Below are positions 12,101 to 25,000 of a stretch of DNA of 39,436 nt, in pieces. Source of the DNA: Sphaeroforma arctica JP610 (taxonomy: Eukaryota); contig NW_014040467.1 of NCBI RefSeq assembly GCF_001186125.1, positions 37,877 through 77,312 of the forward strand, given 5' to 3'. A program made the translations under genes and the position numbers. Within the stretch, counting starts at the first letter, position 1; each line of letters opens with the position of its first letter. The notes below the pieces were generated by a model. It did no database searches, was not told the origin of the DNA, and saw only the letters and a program-made list of their open reading frames with translations.

Positions 12101-15100
12101 CCCATTAAATATATTAAGCATACATCAACAATATCCAGTACACTGAAGTCGATACAAAATCGGAATCAAACTGAATACAATTCAAAATACATATCGATAT
12201 AAAGCGATGATTTATCCACTGAAAGCACTGAATTCAAGGCATAGCACGAGCATAATCAGTGCAGCTATGTGTATACACCGTCAAGATCACAATGCATACC
12301 AAATTTGCTTTACTGCTGAAAAGTCTCGCGATGCGATCCATCAGCGAGTTTATAACATGATCTTCATTGTTGACGAAGGCGAGATTGGATTTCAACACCA
12401 CTTCACGCACCAGAGCCTGTGAAGGGAAGTACATTGCAATGAATTACTCGCCCATCAACCTACATGGGTGCGATGGAAGGTACGAGCTATCGAAGGCTAC
12501 CCTAAGCGAGTGGCGGTATCTGTACCCTCGGGGTGGAAGATATGCTGTAGAAGCTAAAGGGGATGCCCCGAAGAGAGCCTGATAGCGGGCATAATACAAA
12601 TAAGACACTAAACAAACAATATTGCTTTTATATATATATAGGGGGTTTTTTTACGCGGGTATTCCACGCGCACGAGTAAACAGCATAATTCAGAGCAACG
12701 TCTCACACGCAGACACACGTCAGTATTTCTCTCCTACTTCAGAAATCTTGGCTTGACAGAAATCTTTCTATACACATGATACTACAGGAATACTCCAAAT
12801 AAACAACAATAGGTAGTCGACCTGCGCAAGTGCATCTATAACGGGATTCGGCACCTACCGGATTATCCTCACTAACTATATACCTGGGCATTGCGATGGT
12901 CACTCTTTACATTGCTAGCATATAAAAGAATCACTTCCTCGATTGCGTCCTCATTGTTCGAGTATGGGTTGTCGGTCAGAGAGGTGACGATTGGGCTGAA
13001 TGCTCGGTGAAGCTGTGCCGTGTTTAACAAATTGGATAGATAGGTGCATAGAAGCAGTCAGGCACCAACCTCATGCGAACTGAACTATTCGATCCGTGAT
13101 TAATTGCTGCGCAACCACACACGTATCAATTAAAACCAGAGAAGTCGTTGGCCATGGATGTTTAGCATGTTCACGTATCCGAGTGAAGAGAATAGTGTAT
13201 CAACATACAGGTATATACACCAGGGGGGAAACATGTGCATAAATACGCGCAGAATTTGACACACTCAAAAACTCTTTTCTATCATAGGAGGGCGTCTATA
13301 TACACCCAGCGACCAAATACACTACTGCCCATACATAATCAGATTAATAACTCAATTTGGGCAGAGGCACCTTGAACGTATCGAGTCTAGCCTCACAGCG
13401 CACGAACACATTATTTTCCATTATCACTAGCCAGACTACAACTAACTCACCTCGAAGCTATGTCGAACCAAAGTATAAATTTCCTCCACAATCACGGGTA
13501 CTAGTGCTGCTGCTTTTGGCTGCAGACTCAATCTGCATACAGAAGGAAAGTAGCATTGGAGTCAACTAAGAAATAAGGCACGCATCAGCACTCAACGGTT
13601 GATAAATTGAGGGACCCAATTTTTTCGCCCGAGGCAAATAAAATATCGAGCGGGCACGCTGTGAAGCGAGTTCAATACATACTCGTGTGCACCTGCACCT
13701 AGGTTCAGAAGTTCATTCCCGAGTTCTTCTGCAAACCGAGGAGAAAAGCACGGACCAATCTGCAATATAGATATTGTTTAGGATGGTGAGCGGGGGAAAC
13801 TCTTGAAGTTGTAAACCATACACAAAATATACATAATACACTTTCGGGCGTAACATTCTAATCGAACATCACATGGGATTGCCATAAGATGTTTTGAGGT
13901 ACTCGGAAGTCATATCTGTGTGCAAGGCAATGGCGGGAGCCCGAAAAACGTAGTGCAAGTACCTGCTGAAATGCTGCATCAGCCCCCGATTGCAGCAGGA
14001 ACTTGATCACGACGCTCCTGTGCACTATTAAACGAAGTTGAAAGTAAATAATGTTGTTGGTGGTTACGAACAATACGCCAGCAAGTGCAACGCTTTTGTG
14101 ACAATAATCTGATGATTTCATGACCAGAACATTCGCGAAGCACTGTATGTTAATCACAAGGTCTGGAAAGTTGTCGTTAACTAGAGTACAGCCAAGGGAG
14201 CGCGCAATCAAATGTGCACACTACTCACAACCCAGTGTAGATGCAAGTCGACAGGCGTGGGGTGAGCTGCTGTGTGGGCCTCGGAAAACCAAACTGAAAA
14301 CTGATGAAGATGCCAAAATTGCATCCACTGTTGAATTGGTGGCATTGTACGCTAGGCAATAGTTAAGGCCAGTAAAACAGCCAACAATAGCGCCCTCACA
14401 TAAACCCATGAATATTCGGAGAAGGCCACTTCGACAGAGCGTCGGTGCGTGAGGACCGTACTATTCTAATCATTACAAAACAAGAGGTGTGACATACCTA
14501 AGGGGTCATCTGATTGATCTGATCCAAATCGATCGAATGCGTGGAGCGCCAAGGCCTTGAAGAGAAGAGAGCGCTCGGTACACGACGTCGAATTCATGAA
14601 CAAGTCACTGATGAGTCCCAACATGTCACCAGTCCTGTAGAGAATAGACACAAAATATTAGATGGCACTACGCGATAGGATTGCTGAACGTGATTAGACT
14701 TTAAATACTCTCATGAGCGTACAGTGCCTGAATCTGGTGATTAGGAAGAGCACACGGATCCAGTTCAAGAGCAGCCCATATGACACGTTTAGATATAAAG
14801 CGAAGGCACAAACAGGTCATCTCCACATCAAGGTATGGACAAAAGCAACATACATCTCATTCAGTGGGCGTCCCGGCGTCGAAGAAGTAGTCTGACTTAT
14901 CAGTATACTGGCCACTCGCATACGATCCGAGGCCGACAGCTGATATGCTGCGTGGCTTAGCAGGGCAGTGAGCAGCTCACAGTTGATCGGTAGACTGGAA
15001 TGGCTGATGTGTGGATACGATGGAGGTTACAGCAGTTATACAGGAGAGAGCTTCTTCGCACAGGACAGAAGAGCCTATGGTATATTATTTTATTATAACA

Positions 15101-18100
15101 TACAATAGTCATATGATATTCTATAATATAAATATAGTAGTCAGGTTGCATCTCAAATGTTCATCGCCTTCAGCAGATAATACTGTTGATCTATTCTATT
15201 CGTGCGCTGCTCGTTTGTTGAATACCACAGCTCACAACTATCTAAAAAGAATAGTATTCTGCGCTAAATGAACAAACAACAACAACACAATTTCCACCAA
15301 TCGAGTCGCAATCACGAGCCATACCCCTCAGCGAATGTCATCCAGCAGAGCAGAGCCCTGTACCACAAGCCCGAGAAATCACGCTCTGCCTCTTGAGAGA
15401 CGCATAGCATCCACTGTAGCAGCTCAAGCAGCTGAGTGTACACCTGGGTGTAGATGTGGTGTGATCCCTCCACTCGATAGTCTGCGTCCGTTCACGAGGC
15501 AATGTAGGGTGTCAAAGTGAGAATATGGCGATCACATTTGAAGTGCACTTATAGCATTCCACGGATGCAATCGTCGCGCCAATTTATTATGGCCGCTCGC
15601 TGGGTGCGAAGCACACGTAGGATGCTATGTAAAGCTCCTCAATTCATGTCATGTGGGTCACTGGGAGGTGTGGTGTCGTGGTAAGACGTAACAAAAACTC
15701 GACAGAGACTGCACTTACATTCTACATGAAGCGTGTAGAAAAGATGAAACACTAGATCTGCTCTGGGACCATCCATCAGCACCGTGTAAAGCATCAAAGC
15801 TGCTGAATCCTTCTCAAACTTACTGGTGCTGTCGTATAAGTTCATCATAGCCTAGTGTACCGTGGATTTATGAACATGGCAAAAATAAGTTACATATTTT
15901 ACGTTGCCACGCGCGTGTGTAAATCTTGTTCTTTTCTTGCGGAATCTCAAGCCTCAGGCCATGAATTGGTATGTCTATGGTTGAAACGAGCGCGTCTGTA
16001 GCACCATATCGTCTCACGAAATAGGTTAAAATGTTTAGAAGTTGATTCAAATAGACCTCAACATCATCTGCATACCGTTGTTAGCATGCGCTCGTCTTCT
16101 CCCGTGACCTTATCTGCCCCCAGGAGTATTTCCACAATCTGAACATTGAACAATGTTGAAAATGGTAAATACGAAATAAGTATTGGCATAGAGCTTTCTC
16201 AAAGAGTGCGCGAATGAGGGACGATCCACAACCGAGTTCTAGAAGCCAAGGTATGCAGTTAAGAAGCTCATGCACACAATCGGACGAGTTGGTCGGCGAT
16301 ACTGAAATCCCTTTCTTGAAAGCAATTAGGGCTGGCGAAATATTCAGCCCCATTTGGGACATCCAAATGTGGCATCAAATGTTCATCAAATCTACACGCG
16401 ACAAGATACGACAAGTGCTGCACTTTCGAATATTCCTATGAACGTAACACCAACTACCTGCTGCGTGTTGTGGGCGGATGATGGTCGATGGGATGCAACC
16501 GCTAGCTTGCGTAGAAGTGTTGGCACCGCTTGCTGTCGTTCCCTAAAACGGAAGGTGTAGTTGCGTGAACAAACAATTTAGAATCTAGACTGTTTGTGTA
16601 TCTAGAATATCCATTTAAACTTAGTTAAGTCACTATATAGTTTACGATTCAATCTATAAGGCAAACTCTCAGTGCATATAAAACCATCGAACCACACCTC
16701 TGTTGTCTACAACATTTTGAAAGTTACTTGTCTCATTCTCGTGGTCGTGCACTTCTATTCGTTTGACTTCGTAATTGTATTACCTGGCTAGAAGCTCAGC
16801 AGTGAATTGGATCATCTCTACTTCTGAGCTTGTGATGAAGATACCTGTTGTGGATTGATAATTTTTTTTTAATTGTTAAAAAGAAATCACAATCTGCCAG
16901 CCTGCGCGTCAGGATTCAAATCACACTAGTTGGGTTATAAACAGCCGGAAACTTACACTCGCCAGTAAACGAAAGGGATAATGAGGTCATGCAAAGACAA
17001 TGCGCACAGAAGGGACACAAAAAGAAAACAGACAAAGCCACTGCCCACACGCGACATCACATCGCATTTTGTACCACACATTCCGTTGGGAAAGTTCCTA
17101 CTGAATACATCCTGTACACGCACTATGCCAACAGCTGCAAGTAACCGTGAAATCCCATTCGATCACCCACCCTATTGCTGTCTTCACACGAACAACTGCC
17201 CGCTGCATAAAACCCTTCTACGCACCATTCCGAGGATTGTAGCTGCCGGACGACTTCCGCGCATTTGCCTGATCACTACGGGACATTCCTACGCTGCCGA
17301 CGGCCACAAAGGAACTGGGCATCGATGGAGGTAAAGCCGTGAACACGAACCTGTCCTGCGATGACGTGGTCATTCGGTTATTGCCCTGCGATACCGATGA
17401 TTTCAGCTTGTGCGACCGGCCAACCATTGGTAGAGCGTGGTCACTGTCGTATAGACCTGTGAGAGTGTAGAGGACGGTATAAAGGGTGGTGTGTGGCGAG
17501 ATGGTGTGTACAGTTTACGCGAAGGCAATCAAACAATTCAAAAACGAGATGGAAAGAGAACTCGAGCTCTGGTTCTCGCGATGAGATGATGTTGACAATC
17601 GGGCGATATTGTCGATTTTAGTGATTTGCACTGAACCAGGAGCGGCAAGAGAGTGACAGAATATTAAAGGGTGTGGAGAGGAACGTCAATAAAGATACAT
17701 ACACGTGTACTTAACTACTTACAGCCAACTTCCTCGCGCGATTAGCCTGACTTCCGCGCAGCTACAAGAAAACACGAGAGCATATTTGTCTTGGTGCAGA
17801 GATCACGCATTATTCTTACCTCGCATGTCCGTTGGCGTGTACAGGCAGTCTTGACTGTGTGCGTTGCCGAGCATACCATGTGTCAATCCCAGAGAATACG
17901 GCCTTTCATCAAAGACATCCATGCCGTCACTCGCATGGCCTTTTAAAGGTATGTTTTCTGTATAAGTGAATCCCCCTGAGCATGTTAATGACCACGGACC
18001 ATCAGCATTGTGGACCCGCAGATGATTTACTTCGTAAAGGCACAGCTACAGTTAGTTGCACACGATTCAACACCCGACATTAACTAGTCACGAAACATCG

Positions 18101-18552
18101 GAATATCGGACATCACGAATATGAACCATCGATTCTTCCCGATATAAATTTCCAGGCCGTCTGAAGCAAATCAGGTTGGTGGGCCTCAATATCTTTAGTC
18201 ACCGCCACAACTTAAACATGCACACGCATTCCATGGACTAGATAGATGTGGCGATACTTCGAGGCAAATTTTACATTGCATTGTATAGAGAGCGCTCAGA
18301 GTATAACTATAAGTAGCTTCCTCCCTCCTCTACTGCAACTTGCTACTTCATTCAGCAACTAGTGTATCAAGCAATCTGTGCATTGCTCTAATTTTCAAAT
18401 TCACTCTGGCGTTTTGCGTAGGTTGGATAGCTGAAATGTATTTATGCGTAGCCCACATCAACTAAGTGAGACCAAAATATAAGGAACATACCATAGATCA
18501 CGTCCTGGCTTTGAGACCCTTGAATTGATTTCCTGATCCGTGACCGTGACAT
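9188..18552 (-). CDS. Multi-exon CLoG1/At3g12590-like helical protein (candidate microtubule-associated protein)
   Basis: Chain of GT-AG exons (ends approximate): 18552-18492 (ATG, MSRSRIRKS), 17957-17820, ~17457-17225, ~16845-16784, ~16543-16458, ~16138-16076, ~15851-15719, ~14634-14499, ~14352-14233, ~14025-13963, ~13759-13683, ~13532-13451, ~13022-12884, ~12417-12300, ~12000-11919, ~11319-11166, ~10657-10546, ~10253-10080, 9750-9188. One or two small exons are unresolved. Spliced C-terminus HRAALLILSIACS..MFEKMGGFKVFKPLTTSNDPVIAW|MASSWTLTRFKADHPKLY..NPYQRMRDLL parallels the recalled plant motif IRATLLLLLIGKC..FQEVGGEEFFRELLDDTDSRVAYYSSAFLLKRM..NPYLQM. Confidence 0.65.
11375..11740. repeat. 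Diverged ~185-bp tandem duplication (2 copies) in an intron
   Basis: Shared blocks in the same order, such as tgaccaga, catacgatag, gaaaagac, tggtca and gaatatgcaaaca, offset by about 185-190 bp. Confidence 0.75.
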
Positions 18553-18957
18553 ATCGATGAAGTATACGAGTGCTTTTTCTACCGGTCAATCCCAATCTGC
18601 CCGTGCTTGACGCTTTATATCCAACCTTCCGTATAACAATGCCCAAATCCTTGGAATTTGCCTGTATAGTCGGAGCTGGGCACTCCCAAAGTGCTTGTGA
18701 AGTGTTAGCCGAAAGGCAGCTCAAGTGCTTATGTTAACTGTTTGGTCTGCACTAGTCTTGCTCGTTTCTGCGAGCGATGAAACAGCTTTAGTTATTTTTA
18801 TGATGGGTTAAACTACACAGGCACTACACTATGTCGGCCCTTTTCTCGCCGCCGCAATTCGTCGTCCAAGTGATATACAAGCGATATCAAATGTAATCGC
18901 CAAAGCAGTCCGTGGATTTTAAACAGTACAATAAATATACAACCCACTCCGCCGCGC

Positions 18958-21268
18958 CTACTGTCGTGTGTATCTTAAAATGCTCAGTCTCTCTGGCCCA
19001 CTCTTGCGTGTCAGCACTTCACACATACAACACAACCCAAGCTTTTCCAAAATCTCAGTGATTTCGTCAGGCTTGTTCTCCGGCAGCACTACCAGGTAGA
19101 AGACACCCGTTTCTGACAACAACCGAGGAACCAGAGGGAGAAGTCGGTCCGTCACTTCTCGCCCGTCTTTACCGCCAGCCCACGATGCTTCGATACCAGT
19201 GCTGCCGACCTCTTCTGGCGGTGTGGGTACGTACGGTGGGTTGAATAGAAGCACGTCTACTTGCCCACCAAGTCTGGAAAATGGGAAAACACGGGAAGAT
19301 CAGGTACAAATATTCGAACTAGGTACTTGTGCAACAACTCCGCGGTGAAGATAGTGGAGATATATGCCACGTACTAGTCTCACATAGGATGTCAGTAAGA
19401 AGTGAACCAGTGCAAACTAGATCAAACGTTGCTGTCTAGCTGTGCTTTTAAGGCTAGAAGTTACTTGATTCGCAACTTTACATCCAGTTCACAGCTAATA
19501 AGAGAGAGAAAATGAATGGTGAAAGATATTATCAGTGTCCAAAACTACCACACCGTCAGTGTTCGTTGCCTTCAGAAATCCACCCGAGCGCATTCATTTT
19601 TGAAATAAACCTAAGTGACATACACGTGTAAGTGTTTACCCTAGCATTTATTAATCTATTTTTTTAACCGTCTGTACAGGCTTGCCAAGTCTGTAGATCT
19701 TACAAAGAAATCCCTTTTTTAATCACTTGAAATAAGCCGATCGAGCATACGCTACTATGGAGAATTCCCCATGAACATCCCACATTATACTGGACGCCTA
19801 TTAAAGAATCACACGGATGTGCTTGAAATTTCGATAAGCTTTACGGGTAGAAAGTTACATCCTGGCCTTCCTACTATGGTGATAGGGCACATATACATGC
19901 GCATACTAAGCTGTTGAATTCACCTATTGAACCGTCAAACCTGTTTACATACCTATCTAATACGCCGTCCAGCAAGTCCGTGCGCAACACCTCTACCGCT
20001 ACGTTATTTCTCCGACCGGTGGTGTATGTAGCTGCTGCTGCTTTATCGTTCAAATCCGTGGCGAAGTATGCCAGCTCGCTTTTTCCTGAGTCAGCCAGAA
20101 ATGAGGTAAGCAAGCTAATTTTAGTACAAACACCAATTACAGCTATCAGAATTTAAGTGCACCTACCACATCGTCGTCCACCCATGAGTATACAGTGAAG
20201 AATGCACGCATCAATCTGAAAAGTGTTTTGGCTCGCATATAAACATGAACCCAACAGGCACGACGAAAGTACGAGTACAATGCATACCTAGCACCGTAGC
20301 TAAAAAGGTAATGACTGTACCGGATCCACTTCCCACCTCAAGACCAATTTTCGGACTTCTCTCCAGCAAGTAACCTCGATCTTTCTAGCTTGACAGAACG
20401 ATGAAGATGATTTGAGTTCGCATCGAATAAAAATCAACTAAAACGAGAAAAGTGATAGCTGTTGTCATGTCCATCTCAAGCTTGGTGCGCTAACTTGTGA
20501 TATATACACCGCTGTAGTTGTTCAAAAAGTTGATTTCTGAGACACTTTTGTAATGTACAGAGTGCAGAAACTAGCTGACATAGTATATACATAGTTCGTC
20601 CATTCTCCGACGATTTTGTAATCCGGTACTTAACGTACAGAAATACCGCATCTCCGCTTTAATATGAAACCTATGTAGCAGATACACAAACAAGCCAAGC
20701 TGATTGTAGCACGCCTGGCCCGTGGTCGGCATGTCAGTGAAAGCTTGCAGCTCAATCAGAGTAACTGACTCTAACACTATGCCTAGTCGATTATCTAATA
20801 TCAAGCAGCAATTCGATATAATGCTACTGCGTCTATTATTTACAGGACTTGTACTATGATCACAAAAAAACTTTTAAACTCGGTGTGTCGAGGAGCAAAA
20901 TTGGCTTAAAAAAAGGGTATGTGTCACCTGATTCACGGGTCTTACCTATTAACTTTATCAGGTTTATGAATGCTACGTATCCTTTTAAAATTACTATGTA
21001 TTACTCATATACTGCCATAGTTAAGTTTGACAAGTTCTCGCAATCAGATACGCAAGCTTGAAATATAAGTAAATTACACGCACCAAGTTAACAAGGCCGA
21101 CGTGGCAAGCAATTGGGTGCTGACATTATAGTACGAGCACTATCACACTGACATATATAAATATCTCACCTCGAGAGCGTCCAGGAATAGAAAAGTGTCT
21201 TCCGCTGGTTCATAGACAAAATCGAAGTCCTGCCGTTTCAGATGGCCGACATCAGGCGTAGGTAACAT
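18958..21268 (-). CDS. N6AMT1: HemK-family methyltransferase N6AMT1/HEMK2/Mtq2 (eRF1 glutamine methyltransferase catalytic subunit)
   Basis: Four in-frame exons. 21268-21170: MLPTPDVGHLKRQDFDFVYEPAEDTFLFLDALE. ~20384-20288: LEVGSGSG (SAM motif I). ~20086-19953: YFATDLN. ~19273-18958: VDVLLFNPPYVPT...ASWAGGKDGREVTDRLL. A 5'UTR intron donor lies at ~21590. Confidence 0.95.
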
Positions 21269-21485
21269 TGATGATCCTATACAAGATAAGGAAGATACAC
21301 GTATAAAATAGATATATAGATAAGTATCGCTTACATAACACAGATTATCTGGTCAATCATAAAATTGACTGGCATCAGGCGTAGGAACCGTCGAAGATCA
21401 TATACAAGGCAGGGAAGATATGCATGGGATATAGGAGTATAGATATGTATTCGCTAAGGCAATCAGCTATTCTGGTCGATCCCAA
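21250..21485. repeat. ~124-bp tandem duplication spanning the N6AMT1 acceptor and start codon
   Basis: catcaggcgtagg...tatacaag...ggaagata...tctggtc occurs from ~21250 and again from ~21373. Confidence 0.8.
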
Positions 21486-21599
21486 CAATCAAAAGACGAC
21501 TGCAGAAGTAAAGGAGATCCAGCCTGTGACATAAGACCTGGATGATAAGCAAAAGCTTGCGAGATACACCGCCAGCACACAAACACTCACCTCTCGATA

Positions 21600-21840
21600 G
21601 GCGGCTCCCGCTTCGAGAATATGCATACATACACTCGTTGCTATGTTCAAAGTGCTACATATTTATAAATAAATATATAATATTTACATAATATTTACGT
21701 TTCTATTATCATAGCCTCCTGAGAACAGTTCAAGATACAGGGGTTTTAGGGTTTATCGATGTGACGTCATGCGTAACACAGCATCAGAGTGGTTGAAAAA
21801 GCCGCAGAAACAGAAACTGCTGTCTGCTCCCTGCTGGCGG
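21600..21840. promoter_or_regulatory. Candidate bidirectional promoter between N6AMT1 and THOC3
   Basis: Outward-facing splice donors at ~21590 (-) and 21840 (+) bound about 250 bp. The interval contains an AT-rich tract (21660-21700), TAGGGTTT (21747-21754) and the TGACGTCA palindrome (21762-21769). Confidence 0.5.
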
Positions 21841-21968
21841 TACATACATACTGTAAATATTATGAGCTGTAAAACGATAAAGAGATAAATATACAGTAGT
21901 ACAGGGGTTTATACATGTATTTCAAAATTTACATAGTATCGTTGCCAACCCATAGTTTGTTGGGACTG

Positions 21969-22034
21969 TATAAGGAGACGCCCATTTGCTTTAAGCTTAG
22001 TTATAAGGAGACGCCCATACGCTCTAAGCTTTGT
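21969..22034. repeat. 33-bp tandem repeat, 2 copies
   Basis: tataaggagacgcccat...taagctt at 21969 and 22002. Confidence 0.85.
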
Positions 22035-22048
22035 AGGTTTGATCAGTC

Positions 22049-25000
22049 TTGGTGAGAGACTTGGTAACGCCGCATGAAAACAAACAAGGATACTATCAGC
22101 ACTACCCACACCCACACCCACACCCACGCCCACACCCACGCCCACACCCACGCCCACACCCACGCCTTAGGGCCCTACCCCCATCTCCTTCCACCTCAAC
22201 ACTCATCCCCCAATCACACCATATAGAAGACACACAGAACAAGCCAATACCTACAGATACGAGTGCTATCTATGGTTCGCATCACATCTTGAGTACGGTG
22301 AAACACGGACAGACCTTATTACACACGAGCTCGCCGTTACCAGTACCACTACGCAGTTCGGTGCTTGCAGATTCCTCGCAGTCTATCGGTGTACAAGGTA
22401 ACAAGGGTATCAAGTCGTTCGATGTGATTTTAGACACACTCGCGTACAGCAAGGCACATACCCGGTCACATTCGTATCCAGACCCGCACAACCACAGACA
22501 CACACACAGACAGTCGCATGGAGTGCACTCAAGAACTCACACTGGTCATCACCTTTCAGAGCACTCGTGTACTAGCTCGCACCATCATCATCATTCACAC
22601 TCACACCGGGACAGATATCCAGGGAAGAATACTCCGATACATTCGCAACATAGGAGGCACAAGGACGATCACTCTATGAGCGAACGTGTATATGGCGATC
22701 TGCACGAGCATTCAGCACTGACTATTCACTCAGGTGTACGAAGCCACATTCAAGAAACTTCAGAACGAGCAATTGGAATCTGCATCCACAAAACCGCCAG
22801 ACAGCCAACATCGCCATTGCCAGCACCCCTAGATCCGGATTATACGTCGACGACGAACCATACGGTAGCTGAGAACTCTACTGTCACGGCATCGGCACAC
22901 AGAGGTACTGTACCCCTTACCCACCCACACCGCGAACTAGCCAACACATACACTATTCCAGACACACTGACGGAGTCGGAGGAGACTTACACATACGTAC
23001 AACCATCTGATACTCACGAAAGCAAAACTAAGTCACTCGAGAGCAATACTACTCTACACGATAGTTGTAGTAGTTCACACGGAAGCAGAACTACTTCACG
23101 CGAAAGCAGAACCAATCTACACGAAAGGAAAACTAACTCACACGAAAGTATGTCCAGAGTAGAACACAGCCGCACAAGCGGTTCGCACTCCAGTGCCCGG
23201 CGGTCCCAACAGCCCACACAGTCGTCGCGGGGAAGCGAACGTTCGGGTACCAGATCATCACAGAGCAACGCTATCTCGAATAACATAGAGTACACAGACA
23301 AGAGCGCGACACAGGCAAACAGCGCAAAGACCCACTTCTCGGCCGCGCTGACTAAAAACTTCAGAGGACACAAGGATAAGGTGTGGTGTTGGTGGGTTTT
23401 TGTTCGGCAGCTAGAAGTTTCATAGGGTATCAAGATAGTATGTGGCATTGGGCATAGCCTGTTTGATTTCAGAAAGCTATGTATTGGGATTCTTTGTCTG
23501 CTGACTGTTCATGGATTGAGATATCATGGACCTGAAGCTACCCAACGGAAGGGTTCTGATTGGATGTACAGTGGTTCAATGAGCTGCAAGGCACATCGTG
23601 TCATCGCTCGAAGTGACATATCCTAAGAAAAATATTTTAGTGAGTATGCGTTTGCGTTGTGATATCAGGCACAGCTCTTATGCAGTATTGCATCTCTGTG
23701 TCTTGGGATTGGGTTCGAAAATAGTCTGCTGTGTGGAATTACAAAATGACACCACCGCTATGCTCTATGCTGGAGGTTCGACTGTAGCTTTCTCTGCTAT
23801 TATTCGATTGTATGTTAGTCGTGCTTGCATATAAATATATATATATGTGTATTCTCTGGCCATGTTCGTTGAAAGTGCACCGAGATCGTTTAAATATTTG
23901 GCTTTTCAGCACTCGTGCAATCTACCTACTGTATGTTTGCTACAATATAGATATTCTCATCTGTTTGTAGCATGGTTCGTTTGCAGAATATCTACCACTA
24001 ACATTTTCTGTACAGATTCCCACTATTCTACACTTTAAGCACACTCTGCACACGATACGCTTATCATAGTACTCGTGTTGTCATGACGGCCCGATGTTTT
24101 TCTCGTAATATTTTTGTTGACGTGATAATTGTACTATATCACTACATCTGAGGTGTGGCTACGGTTCTTTTACGTACACTGTCTAAATCAGTAACAGCGG
24201 TCATAGAGAATGTGCGATATAAACAAAAGTCTTGCTTTGCAGCACAAAAATGCTTAAGAACCTTTGAACCGCGATCCAAGCTCCCATTAGAAGCATCTCG
24301 GCCGCAGTTTCTAAAATGACTGTACTTCATGCATTCATGCTTTCAACCAAATCATCAAAGCTATATTGATTCCATATTAAAAAGTACGTTGTTATTAGAG
24401 TATCGTCACTTCCAAAACCTTAGGACAAATACCGGAAGTCGCATTTTACAAAGAATACAAGCCGGATTTATGCTGATATTATGTTACTCTCTTTGAAACA
24501 ACTCGACATAGATCCGACATGTGGCGTGGAGCTACGATGGTACCCAGCTGGCGTCCGCCTCAAGTGACAACACAATTAAAATTTGGCATCCGTTGTTGGT
24601 AGGTCCGTCCTCGTTTGCTTTTAACGGAGGGACTGTTCTTGGCTGGCGGTTATAAACACGTTGGACTAGATGCCTGCACGTGCGAATAGTATTTATGATT
24701 CAAGGCGGTTATACGTTTATGCATCGTGTTCTTTGCACATATCATCACTGTACGTCCAAGGCACTGTGCGCATATTTTCTGTCGATAGTTTTGATTTTAA
24801 GCTGTGGACTCTATTCTGAGTATTCCTGGTGACCTGTACGAAGTGCATATGTCGCAGATTTCTTCCGCACACAAAGTATGGGTAGATGTGTTTGCTTATG
24901 CTAGTGCTGAAGTTTAATAGTCTGTTGTTGGATCATGTTCTCTGATGGTATACATTCTATATTGTGTTCTCTGTGTGTGCATGTTAGCATGTACATCTAA

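Noticed and set aside
16081..16456. 93-aa ORF and a possible 22-nt intron
   Set aside because: A phase-compatible exon at ~16138-16076 in another frame explains the region, and the 22-nt-intron path runs into a stop.
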